Below, piece by piece: positions 50,735 through 63,378 of a stretch of 64,000 bases of DNA (the stretch's first letter is position 1; every line of letters begins with the position of its first letter). Under the pieces are notes generated by a model, which did no database searches, was not told the origin of the DNA, and worked only from the letters and a program-made list of their open reading frames with translations. The translations under genes and the position numbers were made by a program. The DNA comes from Sminthopsis crassicaudata. Taxonomy: Eukaryota. The stretch spans positions 441,283,261 to 441,347,260 of the forward strand of contig NC_133620.1 in the NCBI RefSeq assembly GCF_048593235.1. Reading direction: 5' to 3'.

Positions 50735-51699
50735 TCTCGCGCCAAAAGTCCTTTAAAAGTTGCTCGCTCTCACCCACACGTCTGCCCCGCTTCCTTGCTC
50801 GCCCAAAAACTTGGAAGCCCACCTCTTCCCCGCACGCCCCCGGACCGAGGCACTCAAAGGCGGCGGAAAAACACCTTCAGCGCTTGCCGTCCTTTAAACT
50901 TTCCCTGGACCTTTGCCTGGCAACTCTGGCTCCCCTTTGCTTGCTTACTCTCCGCCCTCCATCCCGGACACCCGCAGCTTCGACGCGCATGCTCCTCACA
51001 AGTCCTTTGGGGTTATGAAACCTCCCTAGGGCAAATTCAATCCTCCCTTTCCATTACGGGAAAAAACTATTTCATAATCTCCAGTGTCCCGCCCCTCTGT
51101 TTTCTCGGTTCTAGAATAAACAACTTCACTTCCTTCCATTTAAAGCTCCTGTTTTTAACACTGTCAAGTTATTTTTAGTGTAGTATTCCAAACATAATTG
51201 CTTTCTAATGTGTTTAATAAAAGTTTAAAAATTTTGTTTGCCAAAGATACTAAGTTGAAAGCCAAGTTTTAGAATTGATATTAGAACTTCGAAGTAAGCA
51301 TTGTGTGTCTTTGTGTTTGGAGGCTTTGAGTGGGTAGTAGTTGAGAGTGAAGAAAGGGGAGGGAAAGATGAAATCCCTCCACCTAACATCCACCTCTTTT
51401 TTTCCCTTTTCTTAAATTAGATGATCTATGCTGAAAGAGAGAAGAGGAAGTTTGAAGCCAGATAATGTTTGGAATAACTTCTACAGAGCGTGTAATAGAA
51501 GACCAGTCAGGAAGAATAAAAAGTATTGCCTGCACTATTTTTGTCCATTAGGGACTAGACTGCCTCAATTTGTAGTGAATCCATTTGGCATTCTTTTTCA
51601 TGCCTTCCTCGGTGTTTTCAAAGCAGTTGAGGTATGTTTGGAGCCAGATAGGGGTGGGGGGAGTTTAAGAATTGAGGTTAAGTTAGAATACAAAGTATT

Positions 51700-52600
51700 C
51701 TCTGTATTACAAAGGTGAGAGTGCAAGGTAACAAGAGATTTACTGGTATCTCCAACTATTCAAGTATAATATAAAGACTGAAGGAAATTATTGGAAGAAT
51801 AGCTTTGAAGAGAATGTGATAAAAGCAAAACCAGTTGAAATTCTTTTGAGTAATACCGTGAAATATAGAGAAACCAGTGATTTCTATGAGACAGCAAGAC
51901 TAGAACAAAATAAAAAGATCAAAAAAGTAAAAGAGAATTTAAGATCTCATGTCAAAAAAGAAATGATCTGGTGAAGAGTTCGAGGGAAAAGTATTTCGAG
52001 TTATTTGATCCCCTCAAAGTCATAATAAAAAAAAAAAAAAAGAAAAACTAAACCCATCCACTATATTGCAAGAAATTATAAATGAAATTTGACCAACTTT
52101 ATTAAAATCAGAAGATATAGACGAATCAACCCATTATTTCCTGAAAGGAACCCCGAAAGAAAAAGTTCCAGGAATATCAAAGCCAAAATCTAAAGCATCA
52201 ACATCAAGTAAGGGGGGGAAAACCCACTACTGAAATCATCTAGAAATAAGCAATTCAAGTACTAAGTAATTGCAGTCAGCATCCTACAGAGTTGCCAGCT
52301 TCTAATAAAAATGAGAGATCTTGAAATACAGTATTCCACAAGATGAGATAATTCTTACACAAAAACTCCGCAAAGCTGAGTATTCTATGCTGCAAGGGGA
52401 GAAATGGATCTTGAATTGTCAAGCAACTCTGGTGAAGAGGTCCACAAGAATAAAGGAAAACCAGGAAAGGTGAAGTTTCATTGAGCAATATTGAAGGGAG
52501 TATAAACGTTTTATAGTGCTAATATTTGGAGAGACAAAGTGGGAGGGGGTGTGGGGAGTGTCCTTTCAAAACTTTAATCTTCAAAAAGAATTGAGATCAA
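51700..52600 (+). mobile_element. Old LINE-1 ORF1 remnant
   Basis: Decayed ERNPERKSSRNIKAK, KQFKY and AKLSI-like coding. Confidence 0.6.
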
Positions 52601-53271
52601 AACAGGTTTCAGGATTGAATTAGTTATGCTGTGAATGTCTGAAGAAGAAAGTTAAGGGTGCAAAAAATTATGAATGCACACTAGTTATAGAAGGTAGAAA
52701 GGCAGAGGTGGGTTAGAAATTTTGCTCTCATACTTGGGATATGTGCAAGAATATCAAACATGGAGGATGGGGTGGGGGATTAGGAATTTAGGAACATTTT
52801 TATCTGAAATGGGCAAAGGATGATTGAACACACATGAATTTGGTATTGAAATACATCAAAGCCAACAATACAAATGAGAAGTAGGGAAGGCTGAAAACAT
52901 AGACATATTGGGAAGGATAGTCACAAGTATAACCAACTTCCTGATCCTGATGGAGAGATTAAAAGGGGAGGGTCAAAAGAATAATAGGTACTCCATTAAA
53001 TTCTTAGATTTCTTAGAAAATTGGGAATGATTCAATCAATTGTGTAATATTCATTGAATGGAATGTTTTTTTTGATGTAAGAAATGAGAATTTCAGATAT
53101 GATAGATAGTAGACACCTATAAGTGATAAGTGATATGGAATGAAGATACCCAATTTTATATAAAATCTTTTTTATTGGAGGGGGGGTGAAAAAAAAAAGA
53201 AAGGTATTGTCTTGAAATATAAGTAAAAGGGAGAGAATTTAATACTCTTTAGAATTCCTGGAAATAATCAC

Positions 53272-53586
53272 TGTTAGGGGCCAGGACCGGTCACAGGAAA
53301 ACTCAACGGTGACTGCCTCTGCCTCTTCCAGCTTCCCCGACCCAACGGGGCTTTGGACGTCTCTGGCCCTCCTCGTTGAGACAGGAGGAGGGAATCATCA
53401 GACAGAGAGCCGAGGCGGATAGAACACAGTGATGTTTATTGAAGTTACAAGTCAGCAGTGTCTCCCCTTCAGATGCCTCCCCAGCACCCGCCCAGATCCT
53501 GTCGCGTCAGCAGTGTCACTGTGGCGGGTCCCAACATCAGGCGGTCTCCTTTCCACTCAGGAGGCCTAGGTCCAGAGCCCTTCACA
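53272..53586 (-). repeat. 3' LTR of betaretrovirus-like element 3
   Basis: TGTGAA...CCCCTAACA on -, AATAAA ~53435, preceded by PPT AAACAAAAAGGGGGAAT (53587-53603). Confidence 0.88.
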
Positions 53587-54248
53587 ATTCCCCCTTTTTG
53601 TTTAATGGATAGCGAGCCTCTGCTTTTATAGCTTCGAGGACAGTGCGGATGGCTCTAAGGATTACAGATAGTATGCAAGGTAAAAAGCAAAACATGAGCA
53701 TTAATAATACAGCTCCAATCATTCCAATCACAAGCCAATGAAATATATCTGTTAGATTAATCTTTTTCCACCAATCAATGAAATTTTTCTCCTTTTGTTC
53801 CCAATTATCCTCAAATGTTATAGTAGCATTCTGCATTGCTAATAGTATTTTGTCTAAAGCTTCTAACTCAGAAGTAGCATTTGTCATATAAGTGGCGTTT
53901 TTTAAGATGGTCTCGAGCTCAGAGTATAAAGAATTATTAAAGGGGATGGGTGTCACACATACTGGGTAATATTTATAATGGCATTGCATTCTCATGTATC
54001 TTAACATTAGAGCCTGCTGGTGAACTACATAACCTGAACCACTTCAGTTATCTGGGAGAGTCTAGTCATTAAAACTCTATCTTTTCTTGATGTTGCCAGG
54101 CCGCATTATTTTTTATCATAAATTGTTGGAGACTTTTCGCTAAGAAGGCAACCTCTTGTTGAATCTGGTAGATTTGGACCTCTATTACATTTAGGGCCAG
54201 GTTGAGTACGGAGATGGCTGTGTCTATTGATCCATCCCTCTTATCGCG
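53582..54248 (-). pseudogene. env: Beta-type env TM only (SU deleted), frameshifted
   Basis: RDKR furin site 54237-54248; CHYKYYPVC (CX7C); anchor WLVIGMIGAVLLMLMFCFLPCIL; ends at the PPT. Confidence 0.85.
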
Positions 54249-55763
54249 TTCTTTGGCCTCCCTCTCTGTCAGCGATATGCAGGTTTCTTTGGTGGTCTCG
54301 GGGATTTCTCTCAAGTTTCCCAGAGGGATCCATCGTTCTCCATCTCTTTCGTTTCCTCCTGTGGAGACACAAAGATATCCTTTGCCTCTCACAAGGACCT
54401 TATGAGGGCCCTTCCAATTTCCTCTCTCATCTTTCCACCACACAGTGCTACCCTCCAGGCACGTCTGTGGGTGCAGATCACTCTTTTGTTTTTTGTGATT
54501 TTCATTTCTAATTGGGGAAGTAATATAAAATTTCATGGCTGGTATTGTGCCTTCCTCTCTGATTTGTAAATAGTTCAGAGTAAAAACTGCTTTGGCTACC
54601 TGTGCTCTAGTTAACCTTCCTGCAACTCCCCCTTTTTGTTTAATGAGCGTGCATTTTAGGGATCGATTAGCACGTTCCACTATTGCTTGTCCTGTAGGGT
54701 TATAAGGAATGCCTGTAATATGATGAATGGCAAACTCGTTTAGGAAGGCCTTAAAGCCTCGAGAGGTATATGCAGGGCCATTATCCGTTTTTAGAGTGTG
54801 AGGTACTCCAATGGCTGCAAAGCATTCTAGCATGTGTTGTATCACACTTTTTGTGGCTTCACTGTTCTGTAGAGTTGCCATTATAAAGCCAGAGAAGGTA
54901 TCTACCGTTACATGAAGTAAAGAGGATTGAAAGTGAGTAACATCCATCTGCCAAAGAAAGTTAGGTCGATCACCTCGAGGATTAGAGGAGGGTTCTTGGG
55001 GAGGGGGCTTAAAGGGAATACAACTATTACAGTGTTTGACTATCCAGCGGGCTTGATCCCGGGAAATACCATATAACCGATGTAACGATAGAGCGGATAG
55101 GTGGAACTGAGAATGAGCTAACTCAGGGGCTAAATACCATATAGTAGTTATAGGAGATGCGAGGGAAGAGTCATCTATAGAATTGCCCTGGAATATAGGC
55201 CCACAATGCGAGGTGTGAGATCTGACATGGAGGACATACACAAATTCTTTTCTGGCAAGGAGTAAACTTTGAACTTGTTTAAACAGTTCCTTAATAGAAG
55301 AGCTTGACATATCCAACTCAGCATCAGCTATGTGTTGAAGAGCATTAGCACAATATAGACTGTCAGTGATTAAATTAAAGGGATCATGAGGTAATAACCT
55401 CAATGTAAAACAAATGGCTGCTAGCTCATTCTTCTGAGCAGAAGAGAAAGGGGTCTGCATGACTTCCAGTATTTTCTTCTCAGGGATGTACACAGCAGCC
55501 CTATTAGCCTTAGTGGCATCTGTAAACACGTTTACTCCATCTACTGGGTACTGTGAAAGAGGGCTTCTAGATAAGGTTATGGGCATCTCTTTCCATCCCC
55601 GAATGACGGGGGGAAGAGGTGAAGAGGTGAATGTATGGGTGGTATATATCATAGCCCAAGCTTCATATTCTTGGCTTAACTCTCTGAGGACCTCTTGAGG
55701 AGTTGATGAGTAAATGATTGGGCGTTTCCCAAAAAGTTGTACACATCTTTCACTAGCTTTCAT
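54069..55763 (-). CDS. pol: Open 564-aa ORF: pol connection-RNase H-integrase fused in frame to the env TM N-terminus
   Basis: ATG at 55763; RNase H FTD/NEL/TDS; IN H-X3-H-X23-C-X2-C, WQMD, TDNG, D(35)E; then RDKR and TM heptad. Expression unknown. Confidence 0.7.
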   Translation of the reverse strand: MKASERCVQLFGKRPIIYSSTPQEVLRELSQEYEAWAMIYTTHTFTSSPLPPVIRGWKEMPITLSRSPLSQYPVDGVNVFTDATKANRAAVYIPEKKILEVMQTPFSSAQKNELAAICFTLRLLPHDPFNLITDSLYCANALQHIADAELDMSSSSIKELFKQVQSLLLARKEFVYVLHVRSHTSHCGPIFQGNSIDDSSLASPITTIWYLAPELAHSQFHLSALSLHRLYGISRDQARWIVKHCNSCIPFKPPPQEPSSNPRGDRPNFLWQMDVTHFQSSLLHVTVDTFSGFIMATLQNSEATKSVIQHMLECFAAIGVPHTLKTDNGPAYTSRGFKAFLNEFAIHHITGIPYNPTGQAIVERANRSLKCTLIKQKGGVAGRLTRAQVAKAVFTLNYLQIREEGTIPAMKFYITSPIRNENHKKQKSDLHPQTCLEGSTVWWKDERGNWKGPHKVLVRGKGYLCVSTGGNERDGERWIPLGNLREIPETTKETCISLTEREAKERDKRDGSIDTAISVLNLALNVIEVQIYQIQQEVAFLAKSLQQFMIKNNAAWQHQEKIEF

Positions 55764-56860
55764 TACTATTGCTGCTTGTGATTCCTGGCGCTGTCTCAGA
55801 CATTACTTTATTTCCATTTATCTACTCTAAAACCCCCCATGATTGAAAAAGGACAGCAATCATTCCTTCATTATTAAGTATAATTAGCCCTATAGGTTCC
55901 TCTATATCAACGCGCATAAAGGTTTGTGGAGTTCTTTGTGCAATGATGTCCAGGACCTCTAAGGCATCCTTAGACCATTCTCGGGCGAATTTAGTTGGGG
56001 GTCTCCTTTAAGAATTGCATAGAGGGGTTCCATCTCTTGATCTGTTATAGGAATGGAGGTTCTTATCCACTGGATCGAACCTATTAATTTTTGAAAGTCA
56101 TTAAGTGTTTTTATCTTCTCAGGGGCTAATCTGGGAATTTGCTTAGATACCTGGTTCCCATTAATTTGATGGCCTAAGTACTGAAATTGCGATCCTTTCT
56201 GAATCTTTTCTGGGGCCACCTGAAGGTGGTTATTATTTAATACTATAATAGTTTGTTCCAATATTTCTTCTGTAATTTTTTGTTGTGGATGTGAAATTAG
56301 TACATCATCCATATAATGAATTATTCTCACTGTAGGAAATCTTTTTCTAATAGGATTAAGGATAGTAGCTACAGACATTTGACACAAGGTGGGGCTGTTA
56401 GCCATTCCCTGAGGGAGTACTTTGAATTGGTAAAGCTCTGCGGGGGATTCAAGATTAGTAGAAGGAACAGAGAATGCAAATTTTTCACAGTCATCCGGAT
56501 GTAAGGGAATTGAGAAAAAACAGTCTGCTATATCTATTATGAATATTTTCCATCCCCTTGGGATGGCAGTGGGTGAAGGTAGGCCAGGTTGGAGTGCACC
56601 AAACGGCACTAATGCTTCATTCACTTTCCTTAAGTCTATTAACATTCTCCATTTCCCTGATTTCTTTGGGATGACAAACACTGGAGAATTATAGGGGCTT
56701 GTTGATGGTTCAATATGTTTCTACTTCAATAATTTTTTGACTATCTCGTGGAGGGCTCGCAATTTCTGTTGTGTTAGGGGCCACTGGTCCACCCATATAG
56801 GTTGATTATGTTTCCATTTCAAAGGGATAGCCCTCGCTTCCCAGGTGGCCCCAATCAGTT
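55764..56860 (-). pseudogene. pol: Reverse transcriptase of element 3, frameshifted
   Basis: VIPKKSGKWRMLIDLR, IIDIADCFF, LPQGMANSP, HYMDD; slippery TTTAAAC at 56858-56864. Confidence 0.93.
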
Positions 56861-57450
56861 TAAATGGTGATCTTCAGTGCATAGTTGCGCCCCCATGCTA
56901 TTCAAGGCATCCCGTCCCCATAGATTTACAGGGAGCCCAGTCACACAGAGTGGTTTGAAAACGCCCTGTTTGTCCTCATACTCCCATCTCAAATATCTTG
57001 GCGTTGTATATGCAGCCTGAAGACCACCCACCCCAGTTATTGGCTGAGGCTTCCGTCTCTTTTCCCATTCTAAGGGCCAATCCTCCCTTATTACTGAAAC
57101 ATCTGCTCCAGTATCTAACATGCTCTCTAGATAATGTCCTTCTACCCCTAATATGATCATGGGGCGGTCTGCTGTTATTTGTTGTGCCCAATTTATCAGA
57201 GTTCTAGGAGTTGTCTTTATATAATCCTAATCTACCCACGGGAGTGGAATGGCCTTTGCAATTTCCTTTTCATATGTAATCTCAATTGGCCATGCATGGG
57301 AATTCGTAATCCAGATTTCTCTTTCCCTTGGATTTAATAACTATGTACTATAATAGAAGGAAAATACTCAGACCCAATAACTAAACGGGGGTAGTTTTGT
57401 TCAATTATTTTTTACTGTTATTGTGCTCCACGGGGAGAGCTCAACCAGAG
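56855..57450 (-). pseudogene. pro: Protease with degenerate upstream dUTPase-like region, no G-patch
   Basis: LDTGADVS, VNLWGRDAL; upstream IIVH..LLNPREREI..EIAKAIPLP. Confidence 0.8.
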
Positions 57451-57451
57451 G

Positions 57452-58190
57452 TTAATTTAATGCAATTATTTCTCCTCTTGCTTGGGTCGAAAAGGTTTTG
57501 CTTGGGGGAGGAGTGGGATGGCTCATCCCCCCTTGGCATCCCGGTCTCCCATTTCCCGCCTTCTGTCTCTGTCCTGATCTGCAGTATTTCGCAATATGGC
57601 CGAGTTTTCCACAGGAGTTACATTGTACTCCCCTTTTTGGTTGTGTGCACGCTGATCTAAAATGCCCTGATTTTCCACAGTTATAACATTTTCTCTCTGT
57701 TGGTTGTTCCCTTATTTCTTTCACTATTGCTGTCATTGTTTCCGTAAAAGCACTCAAGGAGTCTCTTTCTGGAATATCTAGGAGTTTATCAATTAACTCT
57801 CCTAGTGTAGGATCTGATGGGAGGCTTGCAAGAACAGGCTTGAACTCTGGTCGGAGTCCCTCCTTTACCAGTTGCAATGTTAACTGAGGGGCAGCCCCTT
57901 GTCTTTCCAAAAGTACTCTCTACTGTCTCTTGTACTCTAGAAATAAATTGTAGAGGCTTTTCATTGTTTTTTTGTTTCAAATCGGATAGTCTTCGGGTCC
58001 CACCTTGAACTCCCATTCTGTCAAGGGCTCTAATATGACAAATCTGCACAGCATTTCTGGTTATTTCGTTGTATCGGATTTGTCTTTCTGGGGCAGCCCA
58101 TTATCCTTCGCCCATAACCATCTGGTACCTATTTTACCTCTAGGACCTCATCTCCTAAATAAACCTACCCTTTGGCAAAGAGAATGGCCA
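57452..58190 (-). pseudogene. gag: gag C-terminal half (CA-CTD and NC), 5' truncated
   Basis: KQKNNEKPLQFISRV (MHR); CYNCGKSGHFRSAC and CNSCGKLGHIAKYC; slippery GGGAAAT 57551-57557. Confidence 0.9.
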
Positions 58191-58279
58191 TTGTGAATTT
58201 GTCACGTTTTATTTCAATCTATGAATTGCTTCCTGACAGCAGCAGTAATGGAAGCAATATAAAATGTAATGTTCTAAAA

Positions 58280-58812
58280 TGTAATATTCTCTGAGGTTTT
58301 CTTGGGGTCTTTGGGAGCAGCCTTAGTTTCAATTCAGTAATCACAAATGCAGCCAGTTAAAAGTCCAAATCCTTTATTATCTCTTTCCAAGTACTATCTC
58401 CTTCACTTGGAGCTTGGCTAGTTTTCTGGAGGCCTCACGGAGTCTTGATTTCAGTGGGGAAGCAAAGGAGGAGATGAATCTGTCTGAGTCCAAGGGTTTG
58501 TGCTCCAGCCTTCAGCCTCCAGCCTCATGTCTGCTTGTCTCTATAAGCTCCACACTGAGTACAAACTAATCATTATATTACTAGTAAACCATTATTTGTT
58601 GTAGGATTAATAAATCAATGCTAAACTAGATTTAACCATAGTCTCCTCAATTCTACTTAGTACCTTGTTTCAAGTTCTGGCCTATGGATTGAAGGATTAA
58701 ATCAATCATAATGAACCATGCTAAAATAGATAACTATTGTCTCTATCCATTCCACTGACTTAGTACCTTGTAAGAATCCTTTGTTTCAAGTTCAGAGTTC
58801 TGGCCCCTAACA
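58280..58812 (-). mobile_element. Solo LTR of a different family from the element 3 LTR
   Basis: TG..CA termini, AATAAA on -, internal U3 duplication, no adjacent PBS. Confidence 0.7.
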
Positions 58813-58829
58813 ATATAATTGGTTAAAAA

Positions 58830-59950
58830 TAACAGGATTCATAGAATGCATTGGGTTCACAATGCACAGGAAAAAAAAGGTATCTAGTTCCCTAGTATTG
58901 GAAAATACAAAGATTCCAGCTATTGGGATAAAGATTCATTATTTGATCTAAACAAGTGGGAAAGGAATATGGGAAAAAAAGATTAAAACCTCATTCTTCA
59001 TACTTAGAATCTTCAAATGTTTTTTTGACCTAGATATAAGAGTTCATATCATAAATGAATTAGAGAAAGATCTCTACAATCTGGTTCTGAGTTATCTTTG
59101 TTTTGTTTGGTGTGATAACTTGGAAAGAAATAGCCTGTCAGATCTATGAATAGAAGAAAAGTTCATGACTCAACATGAGATAAAATAGATCGCAAAAAAA
59201 AGTATGGACAATTTTGAGTACACAAAATTAAAAGTGTTTACACAAATTAAATCAATCTAAGATTAAAGAAGAAACAAATGTAAAATATTTGAAGCAAATT
59301 TCTCTGATAGAAATCTCATTTCCAAGATATATGAAGAAATGATTAAAACTTTTAAGAATAAGAATTATTTTCCAGTTAAATAATGAAGAATTTGAAAGGC
59401 TATTCTCAAAGGAAGACCCAATTCAAGAAATATGCTCCAAATTACTAGAGAAATGTAAGTTAAAGTAATTCTGAGATTCTGCCTCACTCTCTCCAGAATC
59501 GAAAGGATAAAAAGGAAAATGATTAGTGTTGGTTGGAGGAGCTATGAAAAAATAGGCACAATGATGTGTTCTTTATAGACCCATGAAAGAGTATAATCTT
59601 TTTCCATTTTGGGAAACAATTTGGAATTATACACAGAAATTTATTAAATAGGGCTAAGCCTATACCACAGAGATCATGGAAAGAAAAACAGGTTCTTCAT
59701 ACAAAAAAAAAAAATAAAAATATTTCTTTGTGTATTGATGAAAAGCCTGAGAACTAAGTGCATGACCATCAATTGAGGAAAAGCTGATTAAGTTATGTTA
59801 TACCAATGTGATGAAATGCTATTGGGAAATGAGAAATGAAGCAATAAATTATTTCAAAAAACATATGATATCATGAACTAATAAAGAGTGAATAGAATCA
59901 GAACAATTTACAATTAATATAAAAATGAACAATTCTGAAGACTTTTAAAA
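58830..59950 (+). mobile_element. Old LINE-1 ORF2 3' remnant
   Basis: Diverged match to the region encoded by the 33183-34721 ORF (ctgtcagatctatgaa, ctctgatagaaatctcatttccaagatatat). Confidence 0.75.
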
Positions 59951-60387
59951 ACTGATGAGTTGAAGCTGAATAATTTATATAATAATATTTTAAAATGCAG
60001 CAGAGCTTAAATTCATTCAGGTTCTACTGAATCAGAAAGCCTAGGAGTATAGGGCTAGAACCAGGATCTGTGATTTCATCAAGATTGGAAATTGATGGTA
60101 GCAGCTGTTAAATATTCAATATAAACATCTATATTTCAAAAATTAGCAAAAGCTAAAAATCAAGAATTCATAGTATTGGTTTAATTGATTTAACATTTTA
60201 CACAAATAATAATGCAGGTTAACCTGAATGCCATAAATCATTTTTCCTAGAAAGCTTCTTGTTAAACATTTACTTATATACTCCTGGAACTCTCTGAGGA
60301 AATTCTTATCAATGCAGTTCAACTAAAATATTAGAGTTGTCAGGGAGCATCTGTGTTAAATGACTTGCCTAGGGTTACATACACATG

Positions 60388-60743
60388 TGTAAAGTTCTGA
60401 TCGTCTCTCAGTTGTAATCCTTTTCTGTATAATCTTTTCCTCTATTAGCAGGTTTCTTGGGAGGCTTCTGGAGCCTCTAGCCAACCTCTTCTTCTTCCTG
60501 AATCCTGGCTCTGAATCTCCTCCAGCTCTTGTCCTTCCCCAGGCAGACTGCTTTCCAAGCTCAATGTTGCCTCTTTTTATCCTCCCAGAGAATGGGCGTG
60601 GGATAATGCAAGGGCTTCTGGGAAGAACCACTTCAACCAATGAGCTTGCTCCTTCTAGGATTCCTAAGGTGTAAAACTCCCTTTACAGGTCTGAGCCAGA
60701 GAACTGTCAAGTCAACCTGAGTTCTCACCTTGTAATCCTAACA
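60388..60743 (-). mobile_element. Solo LTR with 6-bp TSD CACATG (class II type), inserted in a CORE-SINE
   Basis: TGTAA...TAACA; CACATG at 60382-60387 and 60744-60749; SINE sequence resumes on both sides. Confidence 0.9.
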
Positions 60744-61464
60744 CACATGTATCAGAGGTGGGATTTGAATCCAAATTTTTGGAGTTTTAAAGTTAGTTCT
60801 CTAGTGACTACACCCTGCTGGATTTATAGAAATAGAAGCCTTATTAACAACTATAACCACTGTCCACGGTCCAACCAAGCCAAAACTCCAATTAGCAGGT
60901 TAGCTGATCAGTAATGAATTTTAATGACCCTGTATGAATTTCTTCTACTTCTATTTTAAGGGAAGTAGTATGCAAAGAATCAACATAGAACAATAGAATG
61001 ATGGCCATCTAGTCAAAGGTATGGGGTTTCAATACTGCTTCTGACATTAGCTGTGTGATCTTGAGGAAGCCACAAAACCCCTTGGAGGGCCCTGTTTCTT
61101 CATTTTAAAAGCAGGGGTGGGACTAGCTAACCTCATATGCTAGAGGTCTGTGAATCAGGTGTAGATCATCAACAAAATTTCATTTGACATTGAGGAAATA
61201 TTCCTACTATAAAGTCAATTCAGTTGTCCAGCAAGTTATATGAGTCCTCTTCTTGTTCCTGACAGTCTCACTCTAAGTGGAGTCAAATGACACAAAGAGG
61301 GCAAAGTTAAGTGGAAGGATACCTCACAGGATAGAGTAGTTGATCTTTGAGTCATCCAAAACCCAAAACACCCAAATTCATCATTTCCTGGATTACGTGG
61401 TTATTCCACTTTGCAATATGGAGGAGGTGGATAACAGATAGACCACCAGGGAGGTCAACATCCT

Positions 61465-62329
61465 TGTATTCAGAGATTTTCTTGAGAAGGTGGACACAGG
61501 TACATGGTAGAAAATGGCTAAAGACAGGTGATTAAGAAATGAAAGAGTCCAAAACCTAACAAATTATAAGCTTTGTAGATGTCTCTTGTGAATTCTCCTC
61601 TGTTCAAGATGAGAATATGAATAAATTGAGATATATAAATATAATACAATATAATTTTACTGGAAAAATAGGAAGAATTCAGAGAAATGTAGGAAAGAAC
61701 TGACCAGGATAAAATAAGCATAAGCAGGAAAATCATGTAAAGTAAAAAGAAACTCAAGTAGGAGGCAGTATTGAAAAGGGAACCCCAAAACTGAAAATCC
61801 TTAAAGGAGAAGACCTCCTTCAACTCTGCCTTAGTGAGGGACTCCACCCCAAGCACAGTTTCATCTTTGTTATCTGGGTGGGGTTGGCTCCATCCAGAAA
61901 CCCACTGAATTCAATTCAAATTCTAATCCTAGCTGAAACCCAGTGAGGAGCCAACTTGGGACTCTACCCACGAGCCCCCTTCAGTTTGTAGCCAAAACCC
62001 CCTATTATAAAAGAGCCAAACTAAAACCTTCTCTTTACAGAGGTTCCAAACATGCCAGCTCTATGCTTGACACAAAGGTCTCTGCCCACTGGACTATTGT
62101 TTGCAATGCCCTCTTATCGCTACCTTCACCTATTTCCTTAATAAGACTTAACCTTACTTCCAATCCCCATAATAAACCGCTTTTATCAATCTAGGCTTTC
62201 GGGTCTCATTTAACTCCCTACCCATGTGCCGAATTCTGAGGGGTTGCAGGGAAGCTCCATTTGACTCTCTGAACCCCGAACCTGCCACTAGACATCCTTT
62301 AACTTCCGGACCACCAGAAACCCTAATCA
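61465..62329 (+). mobile_element. Probable solo LTR (left boundary uncertain)
   Basis: TATAAAA ~62005, AATAAA ~62170, ends CTAATCA. Confidence 0.6.
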
Positions 62330-62374
62330 GTATCATGGAACGAAAAAGATGCTGGATGTAGAATCAGAAGACTT

Positions 62375-62740
62375 TATAATGCCAGAGAAACTGAGCAAGA
62401 TAGAGATTAGAGAACATGGGAGAGATTTACTGGGATCAAATGGATCCATGATCTTCAAGAATCCAGCAGTGAATGTCAGATACAAGATTCTTTAGTAGGG
62501 AACAAGAACAATGATATAAGGGGGGAAGTACCTGGATGGGGATGACCTAAGTGGGGGAGGAATTTAGGATGAAGATGACAATGGAGGGAGGTACAGGAGA
62601 GGCTTTTAATGATGTCTTAAATGGATAAAGAGCTTTATCCTATCAAACATTAAGAGGGAATTGTTATAACCTGAGGCAGAGTAACTGAATAGGACAATTA
62701 GGGAAACTGAGTCAGGACATTAAAAGGGAATTGTGGCACA
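62375..62740 (-). mobile_element. Solo LTR, family X copy A
   Basis: Homologous to 63070-63378 and, inverted, to 63379-63852. Confidence 0.85.
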
Positions 62741-62789
62741 ACAGCCTATCTTCTGATTCTAATCCTGCCCACAAAGGCCCACCTGTAGT

Positions 62790-63010
62790 TGAGTGTTGAT
62801 CTCAATGTCAAGAACTAAATTAAATCCAACTTCAGATGCCAACTATATGATTTTGGACAAGTCACCTATCCTCTTCCTCAGTTTCCTTATTTATAAAATG
62901 GGGATAATAATAGCACCTACCTCATAGGGATGTTGTGAGGCTCAAATGAGATAACACTTGTAGAGTGCTTAGTCTAACGGTCAGCACATTAAAAACATTT
63001 AAGTTTTATT
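62790..63010 (+). mobile_element. MIR
   Basis: tttggacaagtcacc..cctcagtttccttatttataaaatggggataataatagcacctacctcataggg. Confidence 0.85.
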
Positions 63011-63069
63011 ATTATTGAAAACAATTAACTTTGAATACAATAACTACTAATGATTCAATGAATAACCCT

Positions 63070-63378
63070 TGTAATGCCAGAGAAACTGAGCAAGATAGAG
63101 ATTAGAAAACAATTTAATATTTTATTTGAAATGGAGAGATTTACTGTGACAAAACGGATCCATGGTTGGTCCCAGGGCTGAATGAGACTACCGTCTCCAA
63201 GAATCCAGCCCTGAATGTCCCATAGCAAGATTCTTTTATAGGGTTACAAGAACAATGACATACTGGAGGAGGTACCTGGATGGGTATAACCAATAATGAC
63301 TATAGCCTAAGGTATCTAAGATATCTTATATCTAAGATATAAGATCTTTATCCTAACATTAGGAGGGAATGGTTATGT
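63070..63378 (-). mobile_element. LTR family X copy B, U3 start cut off
   Basis: TGTAATGCCAGAGAAACTGAGCAAGATAGAG shared with copy A; homology stops where copy C starts. Confidence 0.85.

Noticed and set aside
50051-51178. ORFs of 178-339 aa spanning the H2B gap (and similar ones over other gaps)
   Set aside because: They read through N runs; artefacts.
53272-58812. 13-bp inverted terminal match TGTTAGGGGCCAG...CTGGCCCCTAACA bracketing element 3, suggesting a DNA-transposon-like or composite unit
   Set aside because: No TSD; each end is the att terminus of a separate LTR, the two LTRs are otherwise unrelated, and no PBS follows the right-hand LTR.
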